Below are positions 12,838-27,600 of a DNA stretch of 64,000 nucleotides, piece after piece. Every line of letters starts with the position of its first letter. Within the stretch, counting starts at the first letter, position 1. The translations under genes were made by a program, and so were the position numbers. The stretch covers positions 20,894,001 to 20,958,000 of the forward strand of contig OZ281497.1 in assembly GCA_965637545.1 (NCBI GenBank), in the 5' to 3' direction. Source of the stretch: Phallusia mammillata. Its lineage: Eukaryota. A model generated the notes under the pieces. That model saw nothing but the letters and a program-made list of their open reading frames with translations. It did no database searches and was not told where the DNA came from.

Positions 12838-15800
12838 TTAAATTTTTAAAAATAACACGGCTAAAGATGTTGCAAACACAAGCATAATATGAACGTTCTT
12901 TAGGATTGTGGTTGATAGCGCTCTACTCGTTGTAGATGGGTTGGTGGTTGTCGTAGTTTGGGTGCAAGGACAAGTCCTGACCGGTTCAGGCGTAGTAACT
13001 GCATCAATTCCTGGAAAGCAAATTGTAATAAATGTGTATATATTATATATAGATACAATGATACGTTAGCTGCATATATATACAGTGTTGTCTACTTTTG
13101 AAATTAAGGAATCATGGGATATGTACAAGGCTTATAACGCATCGTCGTACACAACTTAAAGGTGTTATATAAATTTGGGAAGCATAACAACCGTCTAGTG
13201 ACTATAGACCAGAGTTGCAGGTCGGGCCGGGCTTTTCGGGCCGGGTTCGGGTTCGGGCCGGGTTCGAGCCGGGTTCGGGCTTGGATACTCCACCCAACTC
13301 TAAAACGTGTTGTTTACCCCATTGTCTACTTTTGTTCATTGTGTTTGTTTATATTTCCCTTTTTTTCTTTCTCATACTTTGTTGCAAGGCTTTCGTGGAT
13401 AGGCCTGTCAATCAAAATTTCGGGCCTAAACGGGCTTCTCAAACACGTTTCGGGTTCGGGCCGGGCTTCGGGCTTATACTTTCGGGTTCGGGCCAGGTTC
13501 GGGCTTAAATTTCGGGCCCGCTTGCAACTCTGCTATAGACTGTAGTTTAATGAGCTAAGCTCTATTTTTCTAGCAATTACAAAACTAAAGTCGGAAACAA
13601 GCTTTCGAAGAAATCCTTCAATGCTGCCCAGGTCATTTTAATATTCAGCAGTGGGTCATTTAACAAAAAAGTATTACGTGCGCAAAGGTAGACGAATTCC
13701 ACGAACTCGCAGATGTTTTGCGACACAATGCAAAACAACACTTTGCGAGACAATGTTTTAAAAATTGACCTCCGAGTTAACATTTAGAATTACTTGTCTC
13801 AATTGCTGTATTAAACCTACCTGGGACAAAAGTAATATTGGTCTGTTCGCTTTTTGTGCAAGTCGATTGAATTGAGATTGTGTAAGAACTTCCAGGTTTT
13901 AGTTTGCCGAAACTAGCTCGTTTGTTTATAAGCGACGTGTAACTTGTCCGGAGCAATCCGTTCTCGTACAGCTTTGCGTTATAAAGGAAACCAGTGTAGG
14001 CCGAAACCACCCTCTTCCAGGAGACAGAGATGTAGTTTTGTCCTTTACTGTCCACCTTAATATTTACTGCCGTGTCTCCTGAAAGTAAATCGTAAGAAAT
14101 AATATATTTTCAAACGATTTCAACCACAATTTGTAGTTCTAAAGTTATTCATAACGACCTTTAAAAAAGAACGGGAAAAATTTCAGCATTTCAGTATTTA
14201 CCAATTTTTTTCGAAACAATGATACGTTCTACATAATTGCACACTATTTTCGATCAGTAGGGTCTTGTGACTGCAGCTGGTGACAAGGTATTGGTTGCAA
14301 GTGAAAGCATAGCCAGGCTATTGCACTCGTCGTTAAGACTTACAGGCTGAAAGCAATCTTAAGATACTTGTTACCATCTGCACTGAAGAAACCTTATAGG
14401 TCAAACCAGCGTGCACTGTCTACATTCATTTTCAGTATTTGTTTTGTTAAAAACAGATTAAGAGTTTACGATCATCCGAAACACCTTGACATTTCGAGTC
14501 ATCCCAGTTAATGCAGGTGCTCCCGTATCTGCTTGTCTCACACATCCCGGTGTTGCTGCATATTGAAGAAGAAGACGAATCGCATCGACCTGAGTGAAAA
14601 TTAAATAAGAACAGGAAAATATGCATCGGTTTTGTTTGGCCTTACCTACGCATATGATTCCATTGCCAAAATAACCCAAATTGCAATTGCAAGTAAAGCT
14701 CCCCAGTGTGTTGGTGCATACCGCCTCCTCGTGGCAATTGTGAGTGCCCTCGGAACATTCGTTGATATCTAGAATTTAAACCGTTTTGCCTTGAAACAGT
14801 TTCAAGCTTTCTAAACATTTCACACAAAGTGTAAGTAAGTGTTGATTTGTAGGCGAAACTCGGGGAGTTACTCACAAATATTTATTTTATCATTTGACAA
14901 CTTAGCAAATATTTTTTGATCTGCTTTTTTTTTCAAAATTCAAAATCTTAATTCGTTATAGGCAGTTAATCCTCTCATTCGGTAACAGCCGTTGTTAAAA
15001 TTGGCTGGAAAGTAAGACATCCACACGCCAAAGTTTAAAGTAAATATAATAAACGTTGTTGACATTTATTGAAGACTTTTACGTGAAGCTGTAACGTTCA
15101 TTAACTTACCAACACAACTTGAGTTTAGCGCTTTAAAGCCGGTTCCACAATTCCTGGTTGTCATCACAGTATTTGAAATCGTCTGGGTGGGCTCTGTGAG
15201 ACCAAGTGATAATCACATATTGTCTGTCAAAAGAACAAATCTAAACTCCTAAATCTAACAACAACTCACCTGTTGTAACTAAGATGCTAGCAGAAGCTGA
15301 CCCTGCTTGGTTGTTGGCTATCACCGTTAGGTTATATGTGATTGAAGGGAGTAAAAAAGAGAATGCTGCTTCTTCGTGCAAGTGCTGCTCATACGATGTG
15401 TAATCACCGGAGAGAAATGCATTTGACTCTAAAGCTCGCGGGGCACTCCATGCAAAACTTAGCCCCGTTTGTCCAATCCATACTGAGCGAAGGTTGTCGA
15501 TGGATGGTTTTGTGTCTGTATACAGTCAATACAGATTGAAGGTTAACTTTTTTTAGGCAGAAAAAAATACCTCACTTCATGTGAAGCTTGTTTAGCATAG
15601 AAGGTTACTCAAGACAAACAATGTTGTTCAAACAATGTTAAGTCAATTTTTCTATTGATTTTTTAAAACCTTGAATTATTTTTGGGTATTCGTTCATATA
15701 CACCAGAAGTGCGCACCTTAGATATTGCGAGGCCAAATGTATACTAGATTAACCTAACAGTGGGCTGCATCTAAAAAGCTCTTTTTATAGTTACAATAAA

Positions 15801-18800
15801 ATTTATTGATTCTAGCGGCGTTTTTAAACGTCACAAAAAAGCAATTTGAGTCGCTCGTTTACAGTACGGTTTCACGAACCTAATTTCATTTAATGAGCAC
15901 TAGTTTCTACTGCCACAAATGCTTCAATTAAAACGGTCGCATTAGGTTGCAGTTTGCACATCTAAGATGTAACTGGCAATAATAAACCAATAGTTGTATG
16001 CTTTTATTATACTCTTAAGTTCAACTCACTGAAGATTTTGGCAGGAAATACACCAATGTCGCAATTCCACTTTGAAAAACATGCTTTACCACCACAATGA
16101 CCTGTGCATAAAATCGGTTTACACGATGGGTGCGTGGAAAGGTAAAAATGAAATGCATCCCATGTACAAGTGTGGATATTGTTCATCAAAGTCAGGGGTT
16201 CCCAACCTTTTTACGATCTCGTACCACTTGGACGCTCTGCACTGCCACGCGTACCACCATATCTATCTATGGTACCACTTCTTGCAGAACAACTAATTTG
16301 TTCGAATCATATTTCATTCAACGCTAGCTTAAGCTACAAAACAGTAGATGATATCTATCAAGAGCAATCATTTGACATAATTAACGCCCACTGTGCCACA
16401 GCGTGGTTCGGCTTTTCATAGCAAGTAGCAACTATGCTTTTTGTTGAGAATTGACATGACCTGTATTTTGAAGATCGTAATGAAACGAAACAACAGGAAT
16501 AGTTACGTAACAATGACAATAGGCCCGGGGAATGTTTTTTTTGTAAACAAAACCAGACAAACAAAATATAAAGTTGTAAATGGAGGTTTTTGTGAACAAA
16601 ACAGAAGCTACTCGCGTACCACCTGAAAAAGGCCTTGTCGCGAGAAGTTTTTGCAGTGCGCGGTTAATTAAATCCAAACGGCACAGCCATTGCCACATAC
16701 ACGTCTGTGACACTATTCCTAAACACTATGGTCCTCCAACCCAAACTAACGCCATCTTTATTTAAAAAAAATCACTAGAATGTGTCATTTTCACATCTAA
16801 ATCCACATTACGGTTCATCTAAAGTTTTATTAAACTCGAACATTCTTACGATTAATCGGATGATTGGCTTACTAAGCAATAGACAAGTAATTACCTCAAA
16901 ATGGATGATTCGACATATATTTAGGAAGGAATTCAATCATAACGTTTTGGTTATGTGACGTCATAGTATGTGGTTTTAAAGAGAGGTGCAAATATAGTGA
17001 ATATGGTTGTTTTCGGCGTTAATGATATTAAAAAGCTCCACTGCAATACAGTATCATTAAATGGTACATGCGATGAACAGATGAGTTCGAATAAACATTA
17101 GTGCAGTTTTCTTTGCAGTAAAACACTTACGTGTGCATTTCAGACCATCCCCAATGAAACAGGCGTTGCATTTGCAGGTTAAACGACCTTGTACATTCAT
17201 GCATTGAGAGTTTTTATCGCAGCTGGATGAATCCACACATGAGGATGAGTTTGACGCTGGAGGATTGCTCAAAACTGAAACGATTGCATGAAAAAATTAC
17301 CATGAAAACATGGACCTTTAAAGCAGAGTTTCGCAAACAAAAATTATCATGTAAAACTGCTACTGTGCTTTTATGGCAAATTTTGAGAATGTGTATCTGG
17401 GAGGCAGTTTTTCCAATAAGCATTTTCTTCTAATTTCAAAAACAATTTGATTTTTTGTTTGCAAAAAAAAACTTTTAAAGTATAATTGATCATTAGACTA
17501 GCTGTATTAAGCAAGCGTCTAAACCCATGCGGAGAAGTAATATTTGGAAATTGTTTTGAAAGAAACAGAGGAAAATGAATATGTCCATAATTACCATCAC
17601 TCTCACGAGTTTTTGTAATAAGTGTTCTTGTTGTTGTCCCTTGAAAGTTTCTTGCTGTTATAGTCACTTCATATCGGGTGTCTGGTCTCAAATAGATAAA
17701 AGCAACCTGACTTGTACCGGAGGCAAAAAGTCGTACACCATCAATGGAAGCTTGCACACTAAAAGCGTTGCTGGCATTCCAGGCCACAAACAAACTGTTT
17801 GATGTTCGCCAAAGCACACTGACGTCACGAATCAGTGGTGAATCTGCAATTCGTGCCGAATGTATCATCGTTATTAAACTTTCTACTTATAATCGGAAAG
17901 TCACAGAACTAAAACAACGGCACACATCTTGATTTATAGTCGAAATAACGCTTGGTAAGTTTGTTGACTTGAGGCGAGCTGAGCAACCGTGTTTTCAAAC
18001 GCGTTTGGAAAGAAATGCTGTTTGAAACGATATTTTAATAAGTTAGCGTTTCGGATATGGAAATAGATAATAAAAGAGAAACAACAGTAGGGAAAGAAGG
18101 CATTTGACGTTTTGCCGAATATCGGTTTTCGGTCCGAACCTTATAAGGCGTAAATTTTGACTTACCCTCGTATGTATTATAGCCCACATGCCGCGCCTGT
18201 ATCTGTATGTGAAACAGAGCTTGACATAAAGGCGATTTTCACCAGTAAGTTGCAAGAGTGTTCGTAAAACGCAGGACAAACGTATGGCTAGCGCATTTCC
18301 CAACGCACTGCCATTCATCAATTCGAATTAAAATTCTGACCAAATCAGTAAAATCCTGACAAAATCAGTAACAAAGCCACAAAATATCACAAAGTAATTA
18401 GGCTAACAATAAACGGAATGTAGAAATATTTTGTCTCACCACTTCTACAGTTTTGCTTGCAGAAACAGGTGTAGCCATTAACTCCTTCTTTGCATTCGCC
18501 TTTTGGGGAACATGAATCATCGCAAAAACCTACAGCATTAGAATGTATATAAACTGTTGTATAAGACGAAAGGGGTTTATATATTCATGTATGATAATGT
18601 CTAGCATAAAGTCTACGTACCTCTGCAATCAAAACCGTCTCCGACAAACCAGTTTTTACATTGACAAGTGTAACTTCCGTTAGTGTTAATGCAATTTGCC
18701 TCAATGTGACACTTGTGGGTTCCTAACGCGCATTCGTTGACGTCTGAAAAACATAGCATTAAAAATGTGCCATGTGAAAGTGCCCAGTTTGATTCCAAAA

Positions 18801-20295
18801 ACGAAGGTGCATTTTAATTTGTTGTCGTTGTTACCACTAAAATTTAGCTCAAGCATTACCTAAAAATAAGCAGCTATGAAACATACGTTTGAAAGGATTT
18901 TAATAAAACATCTTACCCTTACAATCCATTTTTTGGAAAATGTGGTATAGCCTATATTAGGGTTGCCATATTTTATGATACACAATCCCTGACAAAATTT
19001 ATCTTGGTTGCGTTAACCCAGTTTTTCTCGTTCATTTTCTTTTCTTTTTTCTAAACGGTCCCTTTGCATTATTTCGAGGGCTCGCGGTCAGTAAGCCTGC
19101 TGAATGTGTATTTCGGAAAAACGAAAGTTGATTGAGGATTTTAGCCAGTTATGCAAAATTGCGCATAACAATGATCCAAATCTGACATTACAGACAAGAC
19201 AAAAAGTATTACAATTGTGCGCGAACAATTGCATTTTTGTTGGTTGTCATGCAATAAAGCCTATTGTTTAGCAATGGAGATGGTCGATTCTCACGTTCAC
19301 TTTGATTCAAACTTATTCAGATGCACAAACTGACGCCAATAAGAATATAGAATTACTTCCACCTTTTCGCGGTCCCCGCAAAATGCCCTGAAGGACCGCG
19401 GACCCCAGTTTGAGAACCTCTACGTTACCCATTTTTGCGATCTAAACACTTCCATTCCGGAGCAAATTTAGAATATTCGGAAGTCACACGGACGGCGACA
19501 CGAGAAAACGTTAGATATGGTACTCCGATCCTTGTCAATTAACTTTCTGTGTATGCTTCAGTTTAGTTAAGATTATTAGGCCAAGCTCACAACTCTTACT
19601 ATCTTTGAACCAATAAGCACATATATCACGGGTCGCACCTTTACCACTCTAAAAAAACAAACAACTGGAGCCACAAAGACCTGTTTCAATTTGAAATAAA
19701 GTGCTACTGTAAAAACGTTTTTATGTCTCACGACATTCGACTTTTCGTTGTTAGTTAGTTCCTTGCATATTAGGTGCACAGTTGAAGCAAATGAAATTTC
19801 CCACGTCCCACGTAGCATCGAATGATGTGTTTTCTTAAGACGCGGATTTTTATTTGTGTATTTAACGCGTATTGTCAGACAACTAGTAACTAACAGGTAT
19901 TGTTACGCGCGCACACCCACTGCCAAACGAAACAGTAACCTTGTACGTTAACTTGCGCGCCGCCAGTTTACCTCTTTACATTCCATGGTATAGACGCGGT
20001 TGTAGCTAAATACAAGAAACTTTCTCCGTTGGTAGATTAATTTCATAGTATATGTATATATTTTTAAATTCCTGACTTTTAAGTACATTTTAACATTTCT
20101 CCCTGACGCAGATTTAAACACTAAATTCCCTGACATGTCAGGGAAAATCCTGACGTATGGCAACCCTAGCCTATATGTCATAATTTCAACCGAGGCTGAT
20201 TAACACAAGCATTAACACCACTACCAAACGCGGTACGTACCTTGACAAGCAGCAAATGACCATAGTGCAACAATTATAACAAAGTAAACGACCAT
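12838..20295 (-). CDS. EFG-3: EGF/FN3 protein with predicted GPI tail and an alternative stop-containing exon
   Basis: Exons: 20295-20241 ([18 protein letters not shown]|G), 18743-18621, 18529-18440, 17843-17607, 17274-17131, 16101-16030, 15515-15270, 15193-15110, 14768-14646, 14589-14447 (to TAA), 14078-13821, 13010-12838 (...[32 protein letters not shown]). Confidence 0.88.
13210..13532. mobile_element. hAT-type MITE in the last intron of EFG-3
   Basis: CAGAGTTGCAGG...CTTGCAACTCTG with a perfect 8-bp TSD, CTATAGAC. The empty site is visible in EFG-5 near 41050. Confidence 0.9.
16193..16300. mobile_element. One-ended hAT/Charlie-type MITE fragment
   Basis: CAGGGGTTCCCAACCTTTT left end. No right TIR or TSD found. 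Confidence 0.45.
18958..20168. mobile_element. 1.2-kb non-autonomous hAT-type element in intron 1 of EFG-3
   Basis: TIRs TAGGGTTGCCATA...TATGGCAACCCTA and a perfect 8-bp TSD, GCCTATAT. Absent from the homologous introns of EFG-4 and EFG-5. No transposase ORF. Confidence 0.9.
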
Positions 20296-21043
20296 TTTCT
20301 TTGCTCCTAATGCCTACACCCTTGCCTACTGAAATAGTCTTCGGTTTTGCGCCCGTGAAAACAAACTACCCAGGAACAACGGTCAACACCCTTATATCCC
20401 AACTTCCGTACATAAGCCATTAGTCCATGTCTTGGCGCAGACGTCGCACAATAAAGTCACGTAGGACTAGTCTTTGTTAATTTGTCATTCCGTTTCTGAT
20501 TTTTCGTCATTCCTTAATACGAAGGCCGCACGATTTGTACATCATCGTCATCGTTATAAACGTTTTTTGTGAACATCGATCATTTGTCGCATTTTTGTTC
20601 ACCATCAATCATCTGATAAACAAAATTTTAAAATACTGCTGTGAAAAACAACGTAATCTCAATGTGCCTTTTTCTTGTCCATTGCTAACGTTCTTCGTGG
20701 AGTCGGTTGCTTTCTGTGTCGCGTGGCGCATTTTATACTTGTTTCGCATGTAGCGCTGTAGTTTCAAGGCATGGTATTTGCTGATTGTGCAAGTTTCGGT
20801 TGCTGGCAGTTTCCCAGTTTTTTCCCGCCACGTTAGCACATGACTAGTAAACTTTGTATTTCCACAGCAAGATCTCAACATAGGGTTTTAAAGATAATTA
20901 AATGCCTTCATCACTTCAATTATAAATAACAACTTATCCCATTTTTCATAATAGTTTGTACACGCATGCAACGTGCTTGCTAAATGACGTTTTCGCCTAA
21001 AGTTGGTAGGACTGAAGTTGCATTTAATCCTACAAAACCTAAT

Positions 21044-23320
21044 TGTTACATCTTATTTGCCAGTAATTGCCGATTTTTATTGATTCCCGCTTTTCCTCAC
21101 TACAACTTGTGTTGTAATCTATTGCGTTGTGTGACGTAATAATCGACTGCCAGTTTGTGTGATAACGCAACGTGGTTTTGCTCTTTTCGTTGCTGACTTC
21201 CGTGGAGCACGGTGCTGCGTCGGTTGTATTAGAAAAGCCGTTTATTGTCGTGTTGACGATTATTAGTGAGTCACTTTGTATATATATGTGTGTTTAATGT
21301 CTCCAAAATGTTAATTACTATAATGAATGCAAACTTAACTGCAATGACTTAAAATGGCATTTCGCTTTGTAATAGTTGTACTGTAGGTGTAGTTGGGTTG
21401 ATTCAAGTTGCTTATATAGTTGCAATTGTTTACGCAGTCTTGTACGATACTCACGTGAAGCGTGATTTCTCTAGTCTACGCTGTTGCTTTACATAGCTTG
21501 GCAAGCATTGTGTATTACGTCATAATGGCATATTGTGGTCTTATGCTTTATTGTGTATGTGTCAGTGATTTCTGGATTGCTCATGTTATGTGTTTTCTTC
21601 CGGTTCCCATAACAGTTGGTGAGCTTTAGGTTACATTTCTACGTTTAAAGCGCAGTGCTAATGCCATTTCTTTGTAGAAACCGTTTCCATCGTCTGCTAC
21701 CGTCCTCTTTGTTGTTCATTGAATGTGTTTGCAGAATAAGATCTACAAACCACCCTATCTGTGTGGACAGCTTGTTGGAGGTCATTAGGAATCGCGTTTC
21801 TCTCTCGTGTGACATTCCGGGCGCGTTCACGGGACGTTACATGAAAGTTTTAACTGGGTGTTGGACACGATCTGCAGTTGAAATGAAGTTTCAACTGCTT
21901 CCTGAAATCAAGTTTTAACTGTTTACTGAACAGTACTTTGCAGTTGAAAGAAAGCTTCAACTGCTTGCAAAAAGAAGTTTAACCGTTTGTTGAATATTGA
22001 AGCGGTCGAAGATGAGCCAATCAAACGTTACAACTTCTGAAGCGGTCGCTGATTGTCGTCGACGTCTAAGTGAACAATACGTAGCCGCCGAGTGTCTGAT
22101 GAAGGACCACCGCAACAAGCAGGTGCTCGAGACGGTTTTGGTTGCACTTAAACATCTTTTTGTCGATGCTGTTGCTGCCTACGCGACGCATCCTGATCTT
22201 GCCGATGAACTAGCAATGGTGAGGAAAAACAAGGCCAAATTCGATGACCGAGTTTCCCATAGGGTTCGTGAGGTAAATTCTCCATATGGCAGTGTTTTAC
22301 CTGTTAACATAGCTAGCCCAGGTGGAAGCATTGATAAGAGTCCACGGGACAACGACTCGTTCTGCGGACGGAATAGGCCCTCTAGTTTTTCGACTAACAG
22401 TAGAACTAGAGTTAAAGTAACTACACAGCTCGCGCGTCTTGCTGTTTAACAGACTGCACAGAAACAGGAGATGTCAGGAAACACGGAGTACGTGACGGCA
22501 TAGGAAATGGTGAGTCGACCACGCCTCCCCAGGAGAAGCCTCTCGAGGATCAACGTCGCGTATCGTTCACCGCCTGTCACGTCGTATCGAAGCCCCCCTG
22601 ACCAGCGGTATGTGGTTTACTATGTTGCTCCGTCAGAGCCCCTGTCCCAATTTGCGCCTAAATTTAAATCTTCGTTTGATGAGAAAGGTTCTTTCACCGC
22701 AGCAAACCCAATTGTAAATAATTCTTGTACATATGATTCAGTCAAGCCAACTGGCGTACATGACAATGAAATTGCATCGCTTGTGAAACATATAAACAGA
22801 CCAAAGACCAAAGTTCTCGTTTTTGACGGCAATTCAATGGATTATTGGAAATTCGTTCGCAATTTCGATTCTCGTATCGACGACAAAGTTGATGACGATG
22901 GTGCCAAATTGTCGTATTTGGCGCAGCATTGTGACGGGAAGGCCCGTAAACTGATTGAACACTGCTTTAGACTAAAGGAAAACGGGTACCAACAAGCGAG
23001 AAAGTTGCTGTACGACAAGTATGGCAAGTCACATAGAATCGCTGATATATGAGTAAGGTGTGTTGTCAATGGCCCAGAATTGCGACCGAACGATGCTGCT
23101 GGTTTGAGCGAGCTTCCGCAGTCGCTGCGCGATTGTTTACTTACACTTTCAGTCATTGACGACCTTTCCGAGATGAACAATTACCCTACGTTGATTGCTG
23201 TCGTGAACCGTTTACCGTTTAAGATGCAGGAGGCTTGGAAACGGCGTGTCGCAGCAATCAGAGAGTATGGCCGTGAACCTCTGTTCGAACATCTTGTTAG
23301 TTTCGTGGAAACCGAGGACC
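21044..23320 (+). mobile_element. Truncated BEL/Pao LTR retrotransposon (5' LTR plus broken gag)
   Basis: Putative LTR 21044-21841 (TGTTACA...GACGTTACA, the same terminus as the full element). Gag fragments 21997-22449, 22507-23052 (FDGNSMDYWKFVRNF...QHCDGKARKLIEHC) and 23080 onward align to the Gag of the 31504 element. Host spacer homology resumes near 23320. Confidence 0.82.
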
Positions 23321-23588
23321 AAACACCTGCCCTGCTGAACAGCCTACTAAGTTTGTAAAATAAAGTGAAATGATTTTTGTTTGGGAAATTGTACAAATAT
23401 ATTGTAGCCACAAAACTCTTAAGCTAATACATATAATACCAATAAAGTAAAATACGGTCTAAAGGTTTCGCTGAGAGACAGATCCATTAACCTGTCAATG
23501 TAAAGACCCATAGTCAAAACAAAGGAATACATAAAAACACCAAAAAGTTGCTGCAACTGTAAAGCAGTATTGTATCTTTCTCCCAGTA

Positions 23589-23964
23589 CACAGTTGCAAG
23601 TCGGGCCGGGTTCGGGCTTAGGTATTTGTGAGAAAACGGGCTTAGAACGGGCCTTACTTAACGTTCTGTGTCCGCTGTTTTTTTTAAATCACTCAGCTAA
23701 GTAACATTTCTCTAACTTTGACCTAATGCCCACCCTCCTCTGAAACGTATAGTTTACCCCATTGTCTACTATTGTTCATTGTGTTTGTTGTCTTTCTCTT
23801 TTTTCTTTCTCATCCTTTGTTGCAAGGCTTTCGTGGATAGGCCTGTCAATCAAAATTTCGGGCCGAAACGGGCTTCTCAAAAACGTTTCGGGTTCGGGCT
23901 TATACATTCGGGTTCGGGCCGGGTTCGGGTTCGGGCTCAAATTTCGGGCCCGCTTGCAACTCTG
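23589..23964. mobile_element. hAT-type MITE (CAGAGTTGCAAG family)
   Basis: CACAGTTGCAAG...CTTGCAACTCTG with a perfect 8-bp TSD, TCCCAGTA. Confidence 0.9.
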
Positions 23965-24628
23965 TCCCAGTAGGTTGATGCTGAAACAACCACCTATGAA
24001 TTGGACAAGTGTGCGACTAATCAAAAAGTAAATCGAAGCAGTGTAACAATTTAGAGTGGTCTGGAGGTGCGTGCAAAAATGTTGTGATGAGGCACGGTAG
24101 GATCAAATGTCCAAAAGTGGAAATAAAAGCAAAGCGCAGAAAATTATAAATCACTTTGGAGGGCAATTAGGAACAAAAATGTATGATGTGAAAAAAAAAC
24201 GATTTTGTCTTTACACACATTTTCCATCTCGACTTCGCAATTTTCAACAGATCGTAATTTTCCTATGTTGAAAAGATATAGTTTAGGCAAAAGAGGGATT
24301 TAAAGTCAATTAGTAAAGTTTTATGCAAATCGATTTTATTAATCATAATGAAAATGCAGGATTCTTCTCCTCTCATTGGTACATAATTTCTGTTCTCCAG
24401 AATGTACAAGATATGATACACGAAATTATGATGTTTAAAAAATACGCTTAGGCGACAATAAAATCTCATAAAGTTAGCTGAAAAAAATCACTGCTAACTT
24501 TCCGATTTTAATTTGTGAATGGCAACATATAAAATTGTCACTATGGCAATTTTGATATGCATCAGATCTAAATATTAAATAGTAAGTAAGGTGTGTTTAA
24601 ATTTTTTTCCTTTAGCCGCAGGGGCAAT

Positions 24629-27600
24629 TTAAGGTTTTAAAAATAATACAGCAGTTGTTGCAAGCGCAAACAAAATGTTAACATTTTTAGAAATTATGGG
24701 TAAGGGCGCTCCACTCGTTGTTGATGGGTTGGTGGTTGTGGTTTGGGCACAAGGACAGGAGCTGACCGGTCCAGGTGTAGTAACTGCATCAATTCCTGAA
24801 AAGTTTTACAGAATGAATTTATATTCCATAAGTTGTATTTGGTCTACTGTTAACTACTAAAAAAGATAATTACCACTACAAAACCTTAAGGTGCAAAGTA
24901 CCCACAGAAAAAATGAAAATGTTGAAGTAGCAAAGATTTGGTCATCTTGAGCAAATGATAGGTACAATTCTTAAAGCACATCGTAGTGCACAACGTAATG
25001 GTGCAAACGCGTTACACAACCTAAAATTGGGAGCATAATAACCGTCTATCTCAAGTTCTTATATTTCGAAATTACAAACTTAATGTCGGAATGTCGGAAA
25101 CAAGCCTTCCGAGCGCAAACCAAATTTGCGAATCCCAAAACCTTCAATCTTTGTGATTTTGCAACTTCTTGTCAAAGAAATCTTTTAAAGGTGCCTAAGC
25201 GTTTTTAATATTCAACAATGGCTCTTTTAACAAAAAACTACACGCATAAGTGTACACGCAAGCGACGAACGCTCAAAATGCAGACCTTTACATATCAATA
25301 TCTTCTCAAAAAACAACAGTTTGCGAAAAAACACACAGATAAAAACAACCTTTAAAGCTTGACCTCCGAGTTAAATTTTAGAATAACTTGTCTTAATTGC
25401 TGTGTTAAACCTACCTGGGACAAAAGTAATATTAGTCTGTTCGCTGTTTGTGCAAGTCGGTTGGATTCCGATTGTGTAAGAACTTCCAGGTTTCAGTTTG
25501 CCGAAACTAGCCCGTTTGTTTACAAGCGACGTGTAACTTGTCAGAAGCAATCCGTTCTCGTACAGTTTTGCGTTATAACGGAAACCAGTGTAGGCCGAAA
25601 CCACCCTCTTCCAGGAGACAGAGATGTAATTCTGTCCTTTACTTTCCACTTTAATATTTACTGCCGTGTCTCCTGAAATGAATTGCATCAAGGAAAATTA
25701 CATTTTAAACCATTCAAGCGCATTCGGTAGTTATTAATTTTTCAACTTAAAAATTAGGTTATTAAACTTAAACATTGAAAAAACATTGACAATGTTTCCA
25801 GCATTCTAGTTGTACCTTTACAATGACAAGTTAGCTACAGACAGTTTACACTATTTTGACTATAGTCGTGCAGCTGGTGACAAGACATTGGTCGGACAGG
25901 TTAGCATCCAATTTGTTGGAAATTACATGGTGAAAGACATTTTTGTCACATCTTAAGATACTTGCTACCACTGGAAAAATAGTGTAAACTGTCTGGAAAA
26001 ACCTTACTGGTCGAAACAGCGTGCACTGCTTGCAGTTACTTTAAATCAGGGGTCGGCAACCTTTTTTGCACTGCGGACCGGTTTTGAAACTAAAATTTTA
26101 TCGCGGACCGGTCTTTAAAAAACTACAAATATTTAGCAATAAAAACGCTTAAGTTAGTTTATCATCCCCGGGATACATGGGCAAAATGTTACATAACATT
26201 TAACCTGAAAAATTATACGGCCCGGTAACGAACTCCTCGCGGACCGGTACCGGGCCGCGGACCGGCGGTTGCCGACCACTGCTTTAAATAACTTGTTTGT
26301 TTCGTTAAAAACAGACTAAGTGTGAAAGACCTTTCGAAACACTTCGACATTTCGAGTCATCCCAGCTAATACAGATGCTCCCGTATCTGCCTGTCGCACA
26401 CGACCCGGTGTCGCTGCACATTGAATAAGAAGACGAATCGCATCGACCTGAGTAAAATTTAAATAAGAACAAGAAAATATGCATCGGTTTTGTTTGACCT
26501 TACCTACACATATGATTCCATTGCCAAAATAACCTAAATTACAATTGCAAGTAAAGCTCCCCGGTGTGTTGGTGCATACCGCCTCCTCGTGGCAGCTATG
26601 GGTGCCCTCAGAACATTCGTTGATATCTAGGAGTTAAGCTGTTTTACCTTAAAACAGTTTCAAGCTTCCTAACGTTTTACACAAAGTGTAAATCCTTAGT
26701 TTTGCCAGAGGATTTTACCACACAAATATTAATTTGATCATTAAATTTTTTATCGTTTGAAAATTACCAAATAATTTTTTGCCTGATTTTCAAACATCCA
26801 AATATATTTAGGCAGACAATTTACGCTTTAAAAAAATCAAAACCAGAAATAAACAAGCCAGTATATTTGCATAAAACATAACGTTTTGACAATCAACCTT
26901 CGTGAATGCAAAACCAAGCAGCGCGTAAAACCGGGAAAGGCATTAAAAATGGCGAGAACAAGCTCGAATGGTAGGCAATCTACACGCTGTTATTTACACG
27001 TTTTTAGTGACTGATCCTTGTGCAGTGACTTACCCACACAACTCGAATTTTGCGCTTTAAAGCCGGTCCCACAATCCCTGGTTGTCATCACGGTAGTTGA
27101 AATCGTCTTGGTGGGCTCTGTGGACCAATTGATAATTATATATTATCCGCCAAACTTTATCTGCTAAATTAAACTCGCCCGTTGTAACTAAGATGGTAGC
27201 AGAAGCTGACCCTGCTTGATTGCCGGCTATCACCGTTAGGTTGTATGTGGTTGAAGGGAGTAGAAAAGAGAATGCCGCTTCTTCGTGCAAGTGCTGCTCA
27301 TACGATGTGTCACCACCGGAGAGAAATGAATTTGATCCTAAAGCTCTCGGGGCACTCCATGCAAAACTTAGCCCCGTTCGTCCAATCCAAATAGAGCGTA
27401 GGTTGCCGATGGACGGTTTTGTGTCTGCATACAGTCAATAAAGTTTACGGAAACAAATGTTTCAGAATAAAATAATTGCCGTATTTTTCGTGATGCTTTT
27501 TTCTACGTGGCAACAGCAAACAAGTTTTCTCAAATTACGTTGAGCATTTCTTCATATGATTTTTCAAAACCTTGGGTTCTTGTAATCTCGAACTGCGCAC

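Noticed and set aside
14230-14430. Cys-containing sequence after the CF* stop that is similar in EFG-3/4/5
   Set aside because: Indels shift the frame between copies and there is no consistent acceptor/donor. More likely UTR or intron.
18043-18321. Conserved block with a GTAAGT donor in EFG-3, homologous to 29580-29880 and 47100-47400
   Set aside because: The donor is lost and the frame shifted in EFG-4, and phase-1 readings hit stops. Treated as a conserved intron or dead exon.
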